Positions 8,905 to 18,358 of a DNA stretch of 64,000 bases are shown piece after piece. The stretch is from the IMG/VR virus record IMGVR_UViG_2799113165_000002, positions 1-64,000 of that record; one strand, 5' to 3'. Positions within the stretch are counted from its first letter, which is position 1, and each line of letters opens with the position of its first letter. The DNA comes from a virus. Its lineage: Duplodnaviria > Heunggongvirae > Uroviricota > Caudoviricetes. Below the pieces are notes generated by a model. That model was not told the DNA's origin, made no database searches, and worked only from the letters and a program-made list of their open reading frames with translations. Made by a program: the position numbers and the translations under genes.

Positions 8905-8935
8905 TCAACCACCTACTCAGCACGAGGAGACAGCC

Positions 8936-9085
8936 ATGCCCATACGTGAAACCAAGTGGTGGCGCCGCGCCCTATTCGGTGTCCAACCAACACCACCTCC
9001 GGTGCCGCCGAGCCCTAACCCAATCTGGGACGAGCTGACCGCCAAGCACGGCAGCCCGGCCGAAATCTGGGGTGCAGCAGCATGA
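8936..9085 (+). CDS. small hypothetical protein (49 aa)
   Basis: RBS GAGGAG upstream, and ATGA overlap with the downstream gene. Confidence 0.35.
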   Translation: MPIRETKWWRRALFGVQPTPPPVPPSPNPIWDELTAKHGSPAEIWGAAA

Positions 9086-9696
9086 TTGAAAACACCTCGC
9101 AACGCCACCCCATCGAGCATCTGGTCGGCTGCCTGGACGGCAACACCTCCAACTACATCGAGGGCATGGAGCAGTCCGGGCAACAGCAGCTCCTCAAATC
9201 CGACCTCCTCCCTGCCGACGCAGGGCGGGTGTGGTCAGGTGAGGGCGACGGAATGCTCGGCATCAATGGCTGGGATGTTCTGGAACAGTGGGGATTCCAA
9301 CGCGGCGAAAGTGTCGAGGCTGACCCACTGTTCGTCTGCGCCACCCTCCCGGAGGGGTGGTCGCGCAAGGGCAGCGAACACGCCATGCACTCAACCATCG
9401 TCGACGACCGCGGCGTAGAACGCGTCAGCGTCTTCTACAAGGCCGCCTTCTACGACCGTCGGGCCAGTATGTCCGTGATCACCGACCCCGGGGGCAACCT
9501 CGGAAGCAACGCGATCTATGGCGACGCCGCCGTGGCCCTGCCGGATGAGTGGTCGGTGCTCACCACCGAAGAACGCGAGGGATTCCGAGGCGCGCTCGAC
9601 AGCTATCTACGGCGTGCCGACGAGTATCCAGACATCTACGGGGACCGGGTGCCCCGAGTACGCGACCTCGTGGCACTGGTGGAGGCCGCAGCATGA
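9082..9696 (+). CDS. hypothetical protein
   Basis: 204-aa ORF whose codon usage matches its neighbours. Confidence 0.5.
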   Translation: MIENTSQRHPIEHLVGCLDGNTSNYIEGMEQSGQQQLLKSDLLPADAGRVWSGEGDGMLGINGWDVLEQWGFQRGESVEADPLFVCATLPEGWSRKGSEHAMHSTIVDDRGVERVSVFYKAAFYDRRASMSVITDPGGNLGSNAIYGDAAVALPDEWSVLTTEEREGFRGALDSYLRRADEYPDIYGDRVPRVRDLVALVEAAA

Positions 9697-9992
9697 TGCG
9701 CCGACTACCTACCTTCGCTATGGCCGCCGTGCTGGCGCTCGCGACCGCAGCGCCAGCATCGGCCGACCGGGTCAACGACGTCGCCAACGACATCGGCGGC
9801 GCAGTCTGCGTCATCGTCGGCGCCGACCCAACCTTCCACGGCATCAACAGCATCGGACAGGCCCTCAACCAGCGCGGGTTCACCGACCAGGCCGCCGGAC
9901 GCGTCATCGCCCTCTCCGTATCTGCCTACTGCCCATGGCATCAGCCACTCATCGACCTGTACACCAAGGCCGCGCACTGGAGGTCAGCGTGA
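9693..9992 (+). CDS. secreted small protein (signal peptide)
   Basis: N-terminal signal peptide ending AAPASA in MMRRLPTFAMAAVLALATAAPASAD, with two Cys in the mature part. Confidence 0.5.
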   Translation: MMRRLPTFAMAAVLALATAAPASADRVNDVANDIGGAVCVIVGADPTFHGINSIGQALNQRGFTDQAAGRVIALSVSAYCPWHQPLIDLYTKAAHWRSA

Positions 9993-10561
9993 GCCGTGAC
10001 GTGTGGGTCGTCGACCTGGAAACAACCGGACTAGACCGGAATATCCACCTCCCAGTCGAAGTGGCGGCCGTGAACCTCAAGACCGGGCGCGAAATCCGCT
10101 TCGTGCCCTTCATCACCGGAGATGAGCTGGGCAAGGCAGACCGGGAAGCCATGCGGATCAACATGTACTACGAGCAGGGCCTGTACAAGGACCAGCTTGA
10201 CCGCGACACGTCAATCCGCTGCTACCAAGACGTTTTCGAGCTGCTACAAGGGCAGACCCTGGCAGGCGCAAATCCCCGGTTTGACGCCGACATGCTGCTG
10301 ATCGGCTACGAGTGGCTACTCCAGCTGGAACCGCGGCTACCCGGTGCCAGCACTCGCGTAGAGGCGCCATGGCATCACCGTCTAGCAGACGTATGCGCCT
10401 ACGCCGCAGGCACTCTCAACATCCCACCCGACGACATACCCGGCCTCGCTGGGGTGTGCCAACTACTTGGCGTCACCAATGAGGCCGAGCACACCGCGCT
10501 GGGAGACGCCCGCGCGACCGTCGAATGCTTCCGCCGCCTCTACCCCGGGAAGGACCAATGA
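9989..10561 (+). CDS. DnaQ-like 3'-5' exonuclease (DEDDh family)
   Basis: Exo I motif VVDLETTGLD and Exo III motif HTALGDARATVECFRRL. Confidence 0.75.
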   Translation: MSRDVWVVDLETTGLDRNIHLPVEVAAVNLKTGREIRFVPFITGDELGKADREAMRINMYYEQGLYKDQLDRDTSIRCYQDVFELLQGQTLAGANPRFDADMLLIGYEWLLQLEPRLPGASTRVEAPWHHRLADVCAYAAGTLNIPPDDIPGLAGVCQLLGVTNEAEHTALGDARATVECFRRLYPGKDQ

Positions 10562-10812
10562 ACGACCCCGTCGCACGCCACAACCAACTGGTGAGCAAGA
10601 ACATCGAGATCGCCACGAGCAAGTTGTCGCCCATGGAGCGGCTCCGGAAGCAAGCAGCCGCCAATTCCAACACTCTCGGGTACGCCGTCTTCCTGGGACT
10701 GCAACGACAGGCCAACACCTACGCCGGGACAGTGCCCGCTGACGAGGTCCAGCGTCGGCGCAGCCGGAACCGCGCGGCCCGCAAGGCGCGCCGTAGGAAC
10801 CGCGCGTCATGA
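10558..10812 (+). CDS. hypothetical protein
   Basis: ATGA-overlapped ORF. 84 aa. Confidence 0.45.
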   Translation: MNDPVARHNQLVSKNIEIATSKLSPMERLRKQAAANSNTLGYAVFLGLQRQANTYAGTVPADEVQRRRSRNRAARKARRRNRAS

Positions 10813-11594
10813 GGAAGGAATGCACCCGGCCCAACTGCACCGAGTTGGTACAGGCCCGCGGACTGTGCCCGACTCACTACGCCAAGTACCGGCGCCTCGC
10901 TGTCTCCGACGGCCGCTGGAGCCCGCTGCACGTACCAGCGGACGACACCCGCACCCGCGTCCTCGCCCTGATGGCGGCGGGGGTCGGCATATCCCGGATC
11001 GCGGAACTTGCCGGAGTGACCCACCGGGCCATCGACTTCCTTACCCGGGAAGACCAGCGCCTGGTGAAACGAACCACCCGCGCCGCAATCCTCGCTATAC
11101 CGGTGCCCGTGTGTCCGTTTGGGCCACAGATGGCCGCTGGCGCGCGGATAGATGCCACCGGTTCACGGCGCCGCGTTCTCGCCCTCTCCGCTGTCGGATG
11201 GTCGCAGCAGCACCTCTCGGTGCGCCTCGGGCTACACCCCGGCCGCCTGTCCAAGGTCGCAACCGGCGCCGTCAAGAAGGTCACGGTGTCCCGCGCCCGA
11301 GAGATCGACGCCCTGTACCGCGAGTTGCAGGAAGTGCCAGGTCCTTCCAACGTCGCACGGCGCATCGCCACGCAGAGGGGATGGCCGCCGCCGGTGGCAT
11401 GGGACGACACCGAAATCGACGACCCCGCCGCAACGGCCCACATCCGCGGAGGACAGGTCGTATGGATCGACCTCTACCGCGACTACCTCGACCTCGGATT
11501 GTCCAACGACCAGATCGCCGAACGCATGGGAGTCACAACGGAATCCGTCGAAGCACGGCTCAAGCGGCTACGCAAGAAGGGCATAGCGGCATGA
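10809..11594 (+). CDS. multi-HTH DNA-binding protein with N-terminal Cys4 zinc ribbon
   Basis: Zinc ribbon CTRPNCTEL...CPTHY. Three HTH-like repeats (RVLALMAAGVGISRIAELAGV, RVLALSAVGWSQQHLSVRLGL, LSNDQIAERMGVTTESVEARLKRLRKK). Confidence 0.55.
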   Translation: MRKECTRPNCTELVQARGLCPTHYAKYRRLAVSDGRWSPLHVPADDTRTRVLALMAAGVGISRIAELAGVTHRAIDFLTREDQRLVKRTTRAAILAIPVPVCPFGPQMAAGARIDATGSRRRVLALSAVGWSQQHLSVRLGLHPGRLSKVATGAVKKVTVSRAREIDALYRELQEVPGPSNVARRIATQRGWPPPVAWDDTEIDDPAATAHIRGGQVVWIDLYRDYLDLGLSNDQIAERMGVTTESVEARLKRLRKKGIAA

Positions 11595-11803
11595 CAGCAC
11601 GCAAGAAGGCCAAGCCGCTACCGGGTGCCATAACCACCCAGAAACGCAACGACGGCACCGGTTGGAGCTGGCGCTGGCTCTCCAACAAGGGCAACGTGCA
11701 CTTTCACCCGGGACCGTTCCCAACCACCACCGCTGCGCGCGCCGCAGCCCGTAAGTGGGTACGAGACAAAGTGCTTCGCGAGGCCCCCGGTGACGACGAA
11801 TGA
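11591..11803 (+). CDS. hypothetical protein
   Basis: ATGA-overlapped ORF. 70 aa. Confidence 0.4.
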   Translation: MTARKKAKPLPGAITTQKRNDGTGWSWRWLSNKGNVHFHPGPFPTTTAARAAARKWVRDKVLREAPGDDE

Positions 11804-11985
11804 GCGCGCGGCGACGCTGCCCAGTATGCGGTGCAACCGTGTTCCGCACACCCAACGGCAACGTCCTCACACACCACGACCCACACGGCATCGCGCGCTG
11901 CCCCATGTCGGGCGACAAGTTCGAGATTTGCGAGCCGTGGACCCCACGCGTCAAGCACCTTTGGGAACGGCGGGCCGCGGCGTGA
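11800..11985 (+). CDS. small zinc-ribbon protein
   Basis: CPVCG...CPMSG. 61 aa. Confidence 0.45.
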   Translation: MSARRRCPVCGATVFRTPNGNVLTHHDPHGIARCPMSGDKFEICEPWTPRVKHLWERRAAA

Positions 11986-12332
11986 CTACCGACGACATCT
12001 GGGCAGAGCCGTACATCACCGAGTGGAACGAAGACCTGACCCGTGAACACGTCCAGGGCCGGTCAATGGGCTGGTGCGAGTGGTGTGGCAAGCAGCACGG
12101 GACTGACATGCACCACCGCCGCAATCGTTCACAGGGCGGTGGCTGGCACCCCGCCAACATCGTGCACCTGTGCCGCGACTGCCACCACTGGGTCACCACC
12201 AACCCGGCGGACGCCGAAGCAGTCGGACTCACCCTCACCCACGGCCAGGACCTATACGACACCCCCATCGCGCTACCGCTGCACGACATCTACCTGCACG
12301 ACAACTACCTACCGAAGGGCCGCAACGCATGA
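11982..12332 (+). CDS. HNH endonuclease
   Basis: HNH motif CEWCGK...HHRRNRSQGG...NIVHLCRDCHHWV. Confidence 0.7.
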   Translation: MTTDDIWAEPYITEWNEDLTREHVQGRSMGWCEWCGKQHGTDMHHRRNRSQGGGWHPANIVHLCRDCHHWVTTNPADAEAVGLTLTHGQDLYDTPIALPLHDIYLHDNYLPKGRNA

Positions 12333-13228
12333 CCGCCGCCGACGTGAAGCTGATACCCGCCGTGGACGGCGTATACGCCGGTATCCCCGACGAGGCGTAC
12401 CACGCCGACCGGGCCAGCCTGTCGTCATCAGGTGCACGTTCCCTGCTGTCACCGTCCTGCCCGGCGATCTTTCACCACGAGCAACAGCAGCCGCCGAAGC
12501 CGAAGAAGCAGTACGACTTTGGGCACGCCGCACACAAGTACGTGCTGGGCGAAGGCAGCGAGATCGCAGTCTTGGACCCCGCGGTGCACGGATTGAACAA
12601 GGACGGCACACCGTCCAAGGCGCCGACACACACCGCCATGTGGCAGCAGGCCGTCGACGAGGCACGCCAGCGCGGCCAGGTACCAATGAGCGTTGACGAG
12701 GACACCAAGGCCCGGGCGATGGCGGCGAAGGTCCGTGAACACCCACTGGCCGCCGCACTGCTGGCAGATGGCACCCCGGAGTTGTCCGGGTACTGGCACG
12801 ACCCAGAAACCGGTGTCCGGCTCCGCTTCCGGCCCGACTGGCTGCCCAACCCCGGCCGCGGACGTCTCGTTGTCGTCGACTACAAAACGAGCACCAGTGC
12901 CAGCCCCGCTCACTTCGCCAAGGCCGCAGCCGAATACGGATACCACCAACAGGTTCCCTGGTACCTCGACGGACTTGCCGCCGCTGAAATCTCGGATGAT
13001 GCCGCGTTCGTATTCATCGTCCAGTCGAAGGACGCCCCATACCTGGTGTCCGTCATGGAACTTGACCCGCAGGCCGTCGACCTTGGCCGCCGCCGCAACC
13101 GCAGGGCCATCGACCTCTACGCCCGATGCGTCGCCAACGACCACTGGCCGGACTACGGCCAGGGCATCCACCCCGTATCCCTACCCAACTATGCCGTCTA
13201 CAGCCAAGAAGGAGACCTAGACCAGTGA
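12329..13228 (+). CDS. RecE-like PD-(D/E)XK exonuclease (Cas4/YqaJ-type)
   Basis: Nuclease-core motifs VVDYKTS and QVPWYLDGL. Lies immediately upstream of a RecT-like gene, the same pairing as Che9c gp60/gp61. Confidence 0.6.
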   Translation: MTAADVKLIPAVDGVYAGIPDEAYHADRASLSSSGARSLLSPSCPAIFHHEQQQPPKPKKQYDFGHAAHKYVLGEGSEIAVLDPAVHGLNKDGTPSKAPTHTAMWQQAVDEARQRGQVPMSVDEDTKARAMAAKVREHPLAAALLADGTPELSGYWHDPETGVRLRFRPDWLPNPGRGRLVVVDYKTSTSASPAHFAKAAAEYGYHQQVPWYLDGLAAAEISDDAAFVFIVQSKDAPYLVSVMELDPQAVDLGRRRNRRAIDLYARCVANDHWPDYGQGIHPVSLPNYAVYSQEGDLDQ

Positions 13229-14442
13229 CCGTCACCGCCTACCAGCCCGTATCCGCTCCCACCCGTACTTCAACCAGCCAGGCGACGTCTGTGGAGCAGT
13301 CCCGCGCTATCGCCGAGGTGCAATCGGCTGTCATTGTCGCGCAACAGATTCCGCGTGACCTCAACCGCGCCGAGGCAGAGATGCGGGACGCGTGCAGCCG
13401 TTTGGCCATGGCCGTCCAAGCGTTCTACCAGGTACCCAACCGTGGCACCGGCCCGTCTGTTCACCTGATGCGCGAGCTGGCCCGGGTATGGGGCAACGTC
13501 CAGTACGGCGTCAACGAGTTGCACCGCGACGACACCAGGGGAGAGTCAGAGATCCTGGCCTGGGCGTGGGACGTCCAAACCAATACCCGAGCCACCCGTA
13601 CCTTCATCGTCCCGCACGCCCGCATGGCCCGCGGTCGCCGCGAGGAGCTGACCGACCTCGGCGACATCACCAATAACAACAACAACGCTGGCGCCCGCGC
13701 CGTACGCGAGTGCATCAGCGCGATCCTGCCCAAGTGGTTCACCGAGGAAGCACAAAACCGGTGCCGCGCCACCCTCGAAAACGGCGAGGGCGTCCCACTC
13801 AGTGAGCGCATCGAGAAGATGGTCACCGAGTTCCGCAAGCAGCTGGGCATCACCGAGGCCCAGATGGAAGCCCGGATCGGAAAGAAGCGCGGGGCCTGGG
13901 ACGCAGGGGACGTCGCCCAGATGGGCATCACCTACACGTCCATCACCCGCGACGGTCTCGACAAAAACGAGGCATTCCCGGCCGCGGCATCGTCACTGGC
14001 CGACGAAATCACCGCAGCGGCAGCAGAGAAGAAGCAACCAGAAACGGACCCCGAGGCATCTACGGCCGGTGATCTGGCACCCGACGACCAGCGCGCTACC
14101 GAGCGCGAGGGTGCTACAGAGCCCGGGGCCGAGGAGGTCCCCGCGCCGGGCGGTGGTGACCCCACGCCGCCGCCCGGCAGCGGCACATCTGACGGGGACG
14201 ACCCGGCAGAGGTCAACAGCTGCGGCGATTTCCTGGCCACGAAGAAGGACGTCGGCACTATCCGCGGCCTTCTCGCCAACGCCAAGTACTCGTTCCGCAC
14301 CAAGGAATCCGCTGCCGACGCACTGGCCTACCTCAAGACGGTCATCGGCAGGGAAATCTCGGACATCAACGACCTGTCCGAGTCAGAAGCGGCAGACGTC
14401 ATCGCAGCGCTCACGAACACCAACACCAGCAAGGAGAACTAA
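13225..14442 (+). CDS. recT: RecT-family ssDNA annealing protein
   Basis: Position downstream of the exonuclease. The N-terminal two-thirds is RecT-like. Acidic, low-complexity C-terminal tail. Confidence 0.6.
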   Translation: MTVTAYQPVSAPTRTSTSQATSVEQSRAIAEVQSAVIVAQQIPRDLNRAEAEMRDACSRLAMAVQAFYQVPNRGTGPSVHLMRELARVWGNVQYGVNELHRDDTRGESEILAWAWDVQTNTRATRTFIVPHARMARGRREELTDLGDITNNNNNAGARAVRECISAILPKWFTEEAQNRCRATLENGEGVPLSERIEKMVTEFRKQLGITEAQMEARIGKKRGAWDAGDVAQMGITYTSITRDGLDKNEAFPAAASSLADEITAAAAEKKQPETDPEASTAGDLAPDDQRATEREGATEPGAEEVPAPGGGDPTPPPGSGTSDGDDPAEVNSCGDFLATKKDVGTIRGLLANAKYSFRTKESAADALAYLKTVIGREISDINDLSESEAADVIAALTNTNTSKEN

Positions 14443-14446
14443 CCAA

Positions 14447-15334
14447 ATGTCATGGGAATTCGTAACATTTCTGATCTTCGGCAGCATTGCAGTACTGCTA
14501 CTACTGGGCGGGCTTGTCGGCCGCCGATTCAACCGGCGTGCTGATGGCCCCGTCGTGACACTGTTCATGGGCGGTATCGCCTTGGCTATCGCCGTTCTTG
14601 TCCTCGTGATCGGCTCCTTCACGGTCGTTGGTACCCGCAAGGTCGGCATCGAGACGGTATTCGGCAAGCCGTCCGGCGACACCCTGTCCAACGGTCTGCA
14701 CTGGAAGAAGCCGTGGGCGACGGTCGACGAGATGGACGCAGCGGTCCAGATCGACAAGTACGAGGGTAACGGCCGCATCAAGGTCCGGCTGGGTAACTCG
14801 TCCACCGCCGACGCTGACGTATCCGTGCGCTGGCAGATCAAGCAGGACGCCGCCGACGAGCTGTACGTGCAATACCGGTCATTCGACAACGTCCGTACCA
14901 ACCTGATCACCCGCAACCTCCAGGTCTCACTAAACGACATGTTCTCCAAGCTCGACCCATTGGCGACCAAGTGGGCCAACGGGTTACCGCTGGAGACCTT
15001 CGCCAAGGACGCGTCCGAGAAGCTGCGCGCTCTGGTAGGAGACCAGGTCGACATCCTGGACGTCGCCGTCCCCACCATCGACTACGACGACGGCACCGAG
15101 GCCCGTATCAACGAGCTGAACGCCGAGCGCGCGAACACCGCGAAGGCCGAGCAGGCGAAGAAGACGGCCACCGAACAGGCCGAAGCCAACCGCATCCTCT
15201 CCTCGTCAGTGTCCAACGACCCCAACGTGATTGTGCAGAACTGCATCACCAAGGCACTGGACAAGAGCATGTCGCCGTGGGGCTGCTGGCCCGGCACCGG
15301 CGCACTCGCCACCATCCCCGCACCCATCAAGTAA
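14447..15334 (+). CDS. SPFH/band-7 (prohibitin/HflC-like) membrane protein
   Basis: N-terminal TM helix plus SPFH core (VTLFMGGIALAI..., DVSVRWQIKQD), followed by a coiled-coil C-terminus. RBS AAGGAG. Confidence 0.55.
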   Translation: MSWEFVTFLIFGSIAVLLLLGGLVGRRFNRRADGPVVTLFMGGIALAIAVLVLVIGSFTVVGTRKVGIETVFGKPSGDTLSNGLHWKKPWATVDEMDAAVQIDKYEGNGRIKVRLGNSSTADADVSVRWQIKQDAADELYVQYRSFDNVRTNLITRNLQVSLNDMFSKLDPLATKWANGLPLETFAKDASEKLRALVGDQVDILDVAVPTIDYDDGTEARINELNAERANTAKAEQAKKTATEQAEANRILSSSVSNDPNVIVQNCITKALDKSMSPWGCWPGTGALATIPAPIK

Positions 15335-15360
15335 CACCCCACGAAAGGAACACCGCCCAT

Positions 15361-15726
15361 ATGACCACTCCAGCCCCCGAGGAAGAGGACCGGGTACGCC
15401 CGTTCGCCGACTTCCTGCGGGAACTCCAGAAGGGCCGCGTGCACGACGAGCTGTCCGACGGCCTCAAGGAAGTTGTTGCCGCCGTCCGCGCGACCGGGAA
15501 GGCCGGGTCACTCACGTTGAAGCTCAGCGTTTCTGAGCAAGCCAACACCTCGATGTTGGTCATCAAAGACGACGTGACCGTCAAGGCGCCACAGGCCGAC
15601 CGCCAGGTATCCCTCTGGTTCGTCGACCGCGAGGGCAACGTCACCCGCACCGACCCGGCGCAACTCCAATTCGAGTCCATGAAAGCGGTCGCCGAGAGCA
15701 CCACGAACATCCGAAAGGAAGCCTGA
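15361..15726 (+). CDS. hypothetical protein
   Basis: RBS GAAAGGAA upstream of the ATG. Confidence 0.5.
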   Translation: MTTPAPEEEDRVRPFADFLRELQKGRVHDELSDGLKEVVAAVRATGKAGSLTLKLSVSEQANTSMLVIKDDVTVKAPQADRQVSLWFVDREGNVTRTDPAQLQFESMKAVAESTTNIRKEA

Positions 15727-15729
15727 CCC

Positions 15730-16554
15730 ATGACCGACGAAATCCGCACCGAGGCAGACGCTGTCGCCGAACTCACCAACGCGGCGGAGCGGCACCGCAC
15801 CGAGCAGGTAGTGCCCGACACCGCGCACATCCTGTCGTACGTCACAAACGAAGACGAACACCGCGAGTTCGACTCGTTGGAGCGGTTCCTGCCGAACCCA
15901 CGCCGCGACCGCGGCACCACCACCGTGCTGGACGTCGACAGCTTCAACAAGCTGAGCGACGGCGCTCTGCAACTCGACGCCGTCGCGTACGCCGACCGCA
16001 GCCCGAGCCGCATCACCGCGGTCCTGAACGACAAGGGCTGGCGTGACCACCGCATCGTGGTGGCGTTGCAGCTGTCTCGTGAGTGGAACCACTGGGCGGC
16101 GGCTGACGGCAAGCTGCTCAACCAGATTCAGTTCGCCGAGCACATCGAGGACGGCCTGGCGGCCATCACCTCGCCACCGGCAGCGGACCTGATGGAGGTT
16201 GTGCAGAACTTCCAGACGAAACGCAAGGTCGAGTTCCAGTCCGGCCACCGCACCCAGTCCGGCGAGGTGCAGTTCCAGTACAAGGAGGAGGCCACCGCGA
16301 CCGCTGGCGGCAAGGGCGGACACATCGAGGTGCCCGAGCACTTCACCCTCCGTATCCCCGTCTATGAGCGCGGCGACGTGTACGACCTCACCGCGCGTCT
16401 GCGGTTCCGCATCGGACAGGACGGCTTGCTCCTCGGCTACAAGCTGGACCGTGCCGGGGACGTCAAGGACGCAGCGTTCGACGCCGAGGTGGCGAAGCTG
16501 GCCGTCATCAAGTCCGTGTTCGGTCCCGCGCCCGACACGATCCGCGAGCTGTGA
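15730..16554 (+). CDS. hypothetical protein (274 aa)
   Basis: ORF only. No motif recognised. Confidence 0.5.
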   Translation: MTDEIRTEADAVAELTNAAERHRTEQVVPDTAHILSYVTNEDEHREFDSLERFLPNPRRDRGTTTVLDVDSFNKLSDGALQLDAVAYADRSPSRITAVLNDKGWRDHRIVVALQLSREWNHWAAADGKLLNQIQFAEHIEDGLAAITSPPAADLMEVVQNFQTKRKVEFQSGHRTQSGEVQFQYKEEATATAGGKGGHIEVPEHFTLRIPVYERGDVYDLTARLRFRIGQDGLLLGYKLDRAGDVKDAAFDAEVAKLAVIKSVFGPAPDTIREL

Positions 16555-16574
16555 GCAGGAGGAAGGAGTTCCCG

Positions 16575-16952
16575 TTGGTGGCGGTGTTAGCCGTCACCAA
16601 CGGACTCCCTGAAGGCGCCATCTGCACCGTGGTGCAGGTGCAGGACCTGTTGTCGCACATGACCGGCAACCGCATCTTCTTGCACCAGATACCGCGTGCG
16701 AAGGACGTGTGCGGCAAGTTCCTCCGCGACCAGCACACCTGGCTAGACAACACCTGTCCTTCATCGGAGCAGCTGGCCGACGTCGCCAAGTTGCGGCGCT
16801 GGGCGAATGCAGTCCAGAAGGTGCGCGGCGAAACGGTGAAGGTAAGCGTGTTGCCCGGGGACGCCTACACGTACATGGACCCGATCATCGAGAACGCGGT
16901 CAACATCAAGGCCGCGGAGCAGGCCGCCAAGGAGAAGGCGGCAGCACAGTGA
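16575..16952 (+). CDS. hypothetical protein
   Basis: RBS GGAGGAAGGAG 6 nt upstream of TTG/GTG. Start uncertain (16551 to 16578). Confidence 0.4.
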   Translation: MVAVLAVTNGLPEGAICTVVQVQDLLSHMTGNRIFLHQIPRAKDVCGKFLRDQHTWLDNTCPSSEQLADVAKLRRWANAVQKVRGETVKVSVLPGDAYTYMDPIIENAVNIKAAEQAAKEKAAAQ

Positions 16953-17227
16953 CCACTCACACCGCCACCGGCTACCTGATCTTGGAGGCGTCCCGCGGCT
17001 ACCGCACAGGCGACGACGGACTCAAGGTCGTCAACGGCCTGCGCATCGCCGGGTACCGGGCCAACCGTCCGGCGAAGCTGGCGCGCGACCAGATCACCGT
17101 CAAGGTTGGGGTCACCGTTGATGCTGCCGAGTTCTCGCCCATAACAGCAGAAATCGCGATCACCCTCGACCCTTCCCAGATCATCCACCCCGTCGTCGAC
17201 GCGCTTCACCCGGGCGAGCACGGATGA
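16949..17227 (+). CDS. hypothetical protein
   Basis: GTGA-overlapped ORF. Confidence 0.4.
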   Translation: MTTHTATGYLILEASRGYRTGDDGLKVVNGLRIAGYRANRPAKLARDQITVKVGVTVDAAEFSPITAEIAITLDPSQIIHPVVDALHPGEHG

Positions 17228-17691
17228 CACTCGTGCGGCTGGAACTGGTCGGGGAGAAGGACGACCGGCTGACTGTCACCGCGGACAAACTGACTGACCA
17301 CTTCGCGATGCATCCGGCCATCATGGTCGACACCGACACGGGCGAGAAATTCCTCAACCCCGCGGTGTGGTCTCTAACCCACATCGCGAGCGGCAAAGAG
17401 GTCGTGAAGCTCTACCAGGAAGACCCCATCGAGTGCCCGGGGGAGCCGCGCGCTGTCGACCCTGACGTGGCCGCCGAGTTCGCTAAATGGTTGGAGCAGC
17501 AGACCAATTGGGATGCGGAAGTGCCAAACGTCGGCACGGACGTTTACCGGCAACTGTTCCTCTACCAAGGCGACATCAACCACTGGGCTGAGCCACCAGC
17601 CTGCGACAAGTGCGGCAAGCCAAACGCGATAACCGGCACACACATGGGCGTCAAAGCGTCCCTATGCCACGCCTGCGAAAACAACACCTAG
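17224..17691 (+). CDS. hypothetical protein with C-terminal Cys cluster
   Basis: CDKCGK...CHAC. Confidence 0.5.
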   Translation: MTLVRLELVGEKDDRLTVTADKLTDHFAMHPAIMVDTDTGEKFLNPAVWSLTHIASGKEVVKLYQEDPIECPGEPRAVDPDVAAEFAKWLEQQTNWDAEVPNVGTDVYRQLFLYQGDINHWAEPPACDKCGKPNAITGTHMGVKASLCHACENNT

Positions 17692-17699
17692 GAGCCCTG

Positions 17700-17996
17700 A
17701 TGGCGACCCTCACACAGGCCGACATGTTCCCCACAGCCAAACGGAACACTCTCAACTACCCGGGCGACGTCGCCGACCACGTCATGAGCGTCAACCAGCG
17801 ATGGGGGCCGGACATGTTCGGCGCCTTCTATACGCCCGTCGCCGCTGTCTACCGCCCCGAGTCCGACCAGACCAAGGTCACCTTCCGGTCTATCCCACGC
17901 CCACAACCACAACGCGCCCACCGGCGCGACGAGATCCCAATGGCACATCCGGATGGCAACCGACGCCAGCGCCGACACAAGGGAAAGAAACATTGA
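17700..17996 (+). CDS. hypothetical protein
   Basis: ORF only. Confidence 0.4.
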   Translation: MATLTQADMFPTAKRNTLNYPGDVADHVMSVNQRWGPDMFGAFYTPVAAVYRPESDQTKVTFRSIPRPQPQRAHRRDEIPMAHPDGNRRQRRHKGKKH

Positions 17997-18358
17997 CCAC
18001 CAACGATATTGAGCGCGTCGCGAAGGCAGCCACCGACTTCACTAACCGGCTGCTCAATGGCGTAGCCACTCGCATCGAATCGTTCGTCCAGAGCGTTGAT
18101 ACCGAAGCACTGGCCGACGCGATAACCGGCATGCGGGCCACCGTGTCCCCGGGCGCTAATCCTGCGCCAGCCCAGGCCATGTACGTCGGGACGGCGGTGC
18201 GGTGCGTTACCTGCCAGGGCGTGTACCGCGTCAAGAGCGATGGACGTAACCCGCTGTGGGTATGCCAGCCGTGCGCGCGCCAATGGTGCCGCTGGGACGG
18301 TGTCACACCGCAGGTTTCAACACACCTACAGGTTGTTGGGGCGGGGGAGAAGCGATGA
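17993..18358 (+). CDS. hypothetical protein
   Basis: TTGA-overlapped ORF. Start uncertain. Confidence 0.35.
   Translation: MTTNDIERVAKAATDFTNRLLNGVATRIESFVQSVDTEALADAITGMRATVSPGANPAPAQAMYVGTAVRCVTCQGVYRVKSDGRNPLWVCQPCARQWCRWDGVTPQVSTHLQVVGAGEKR

Noticed and set aside
13670-13690. AAC trinucleotide run (NNNNN in RecT)
   Set aside because: A short in-frame microsatellite within a low-complexity linker, too short to call a functional repeat.
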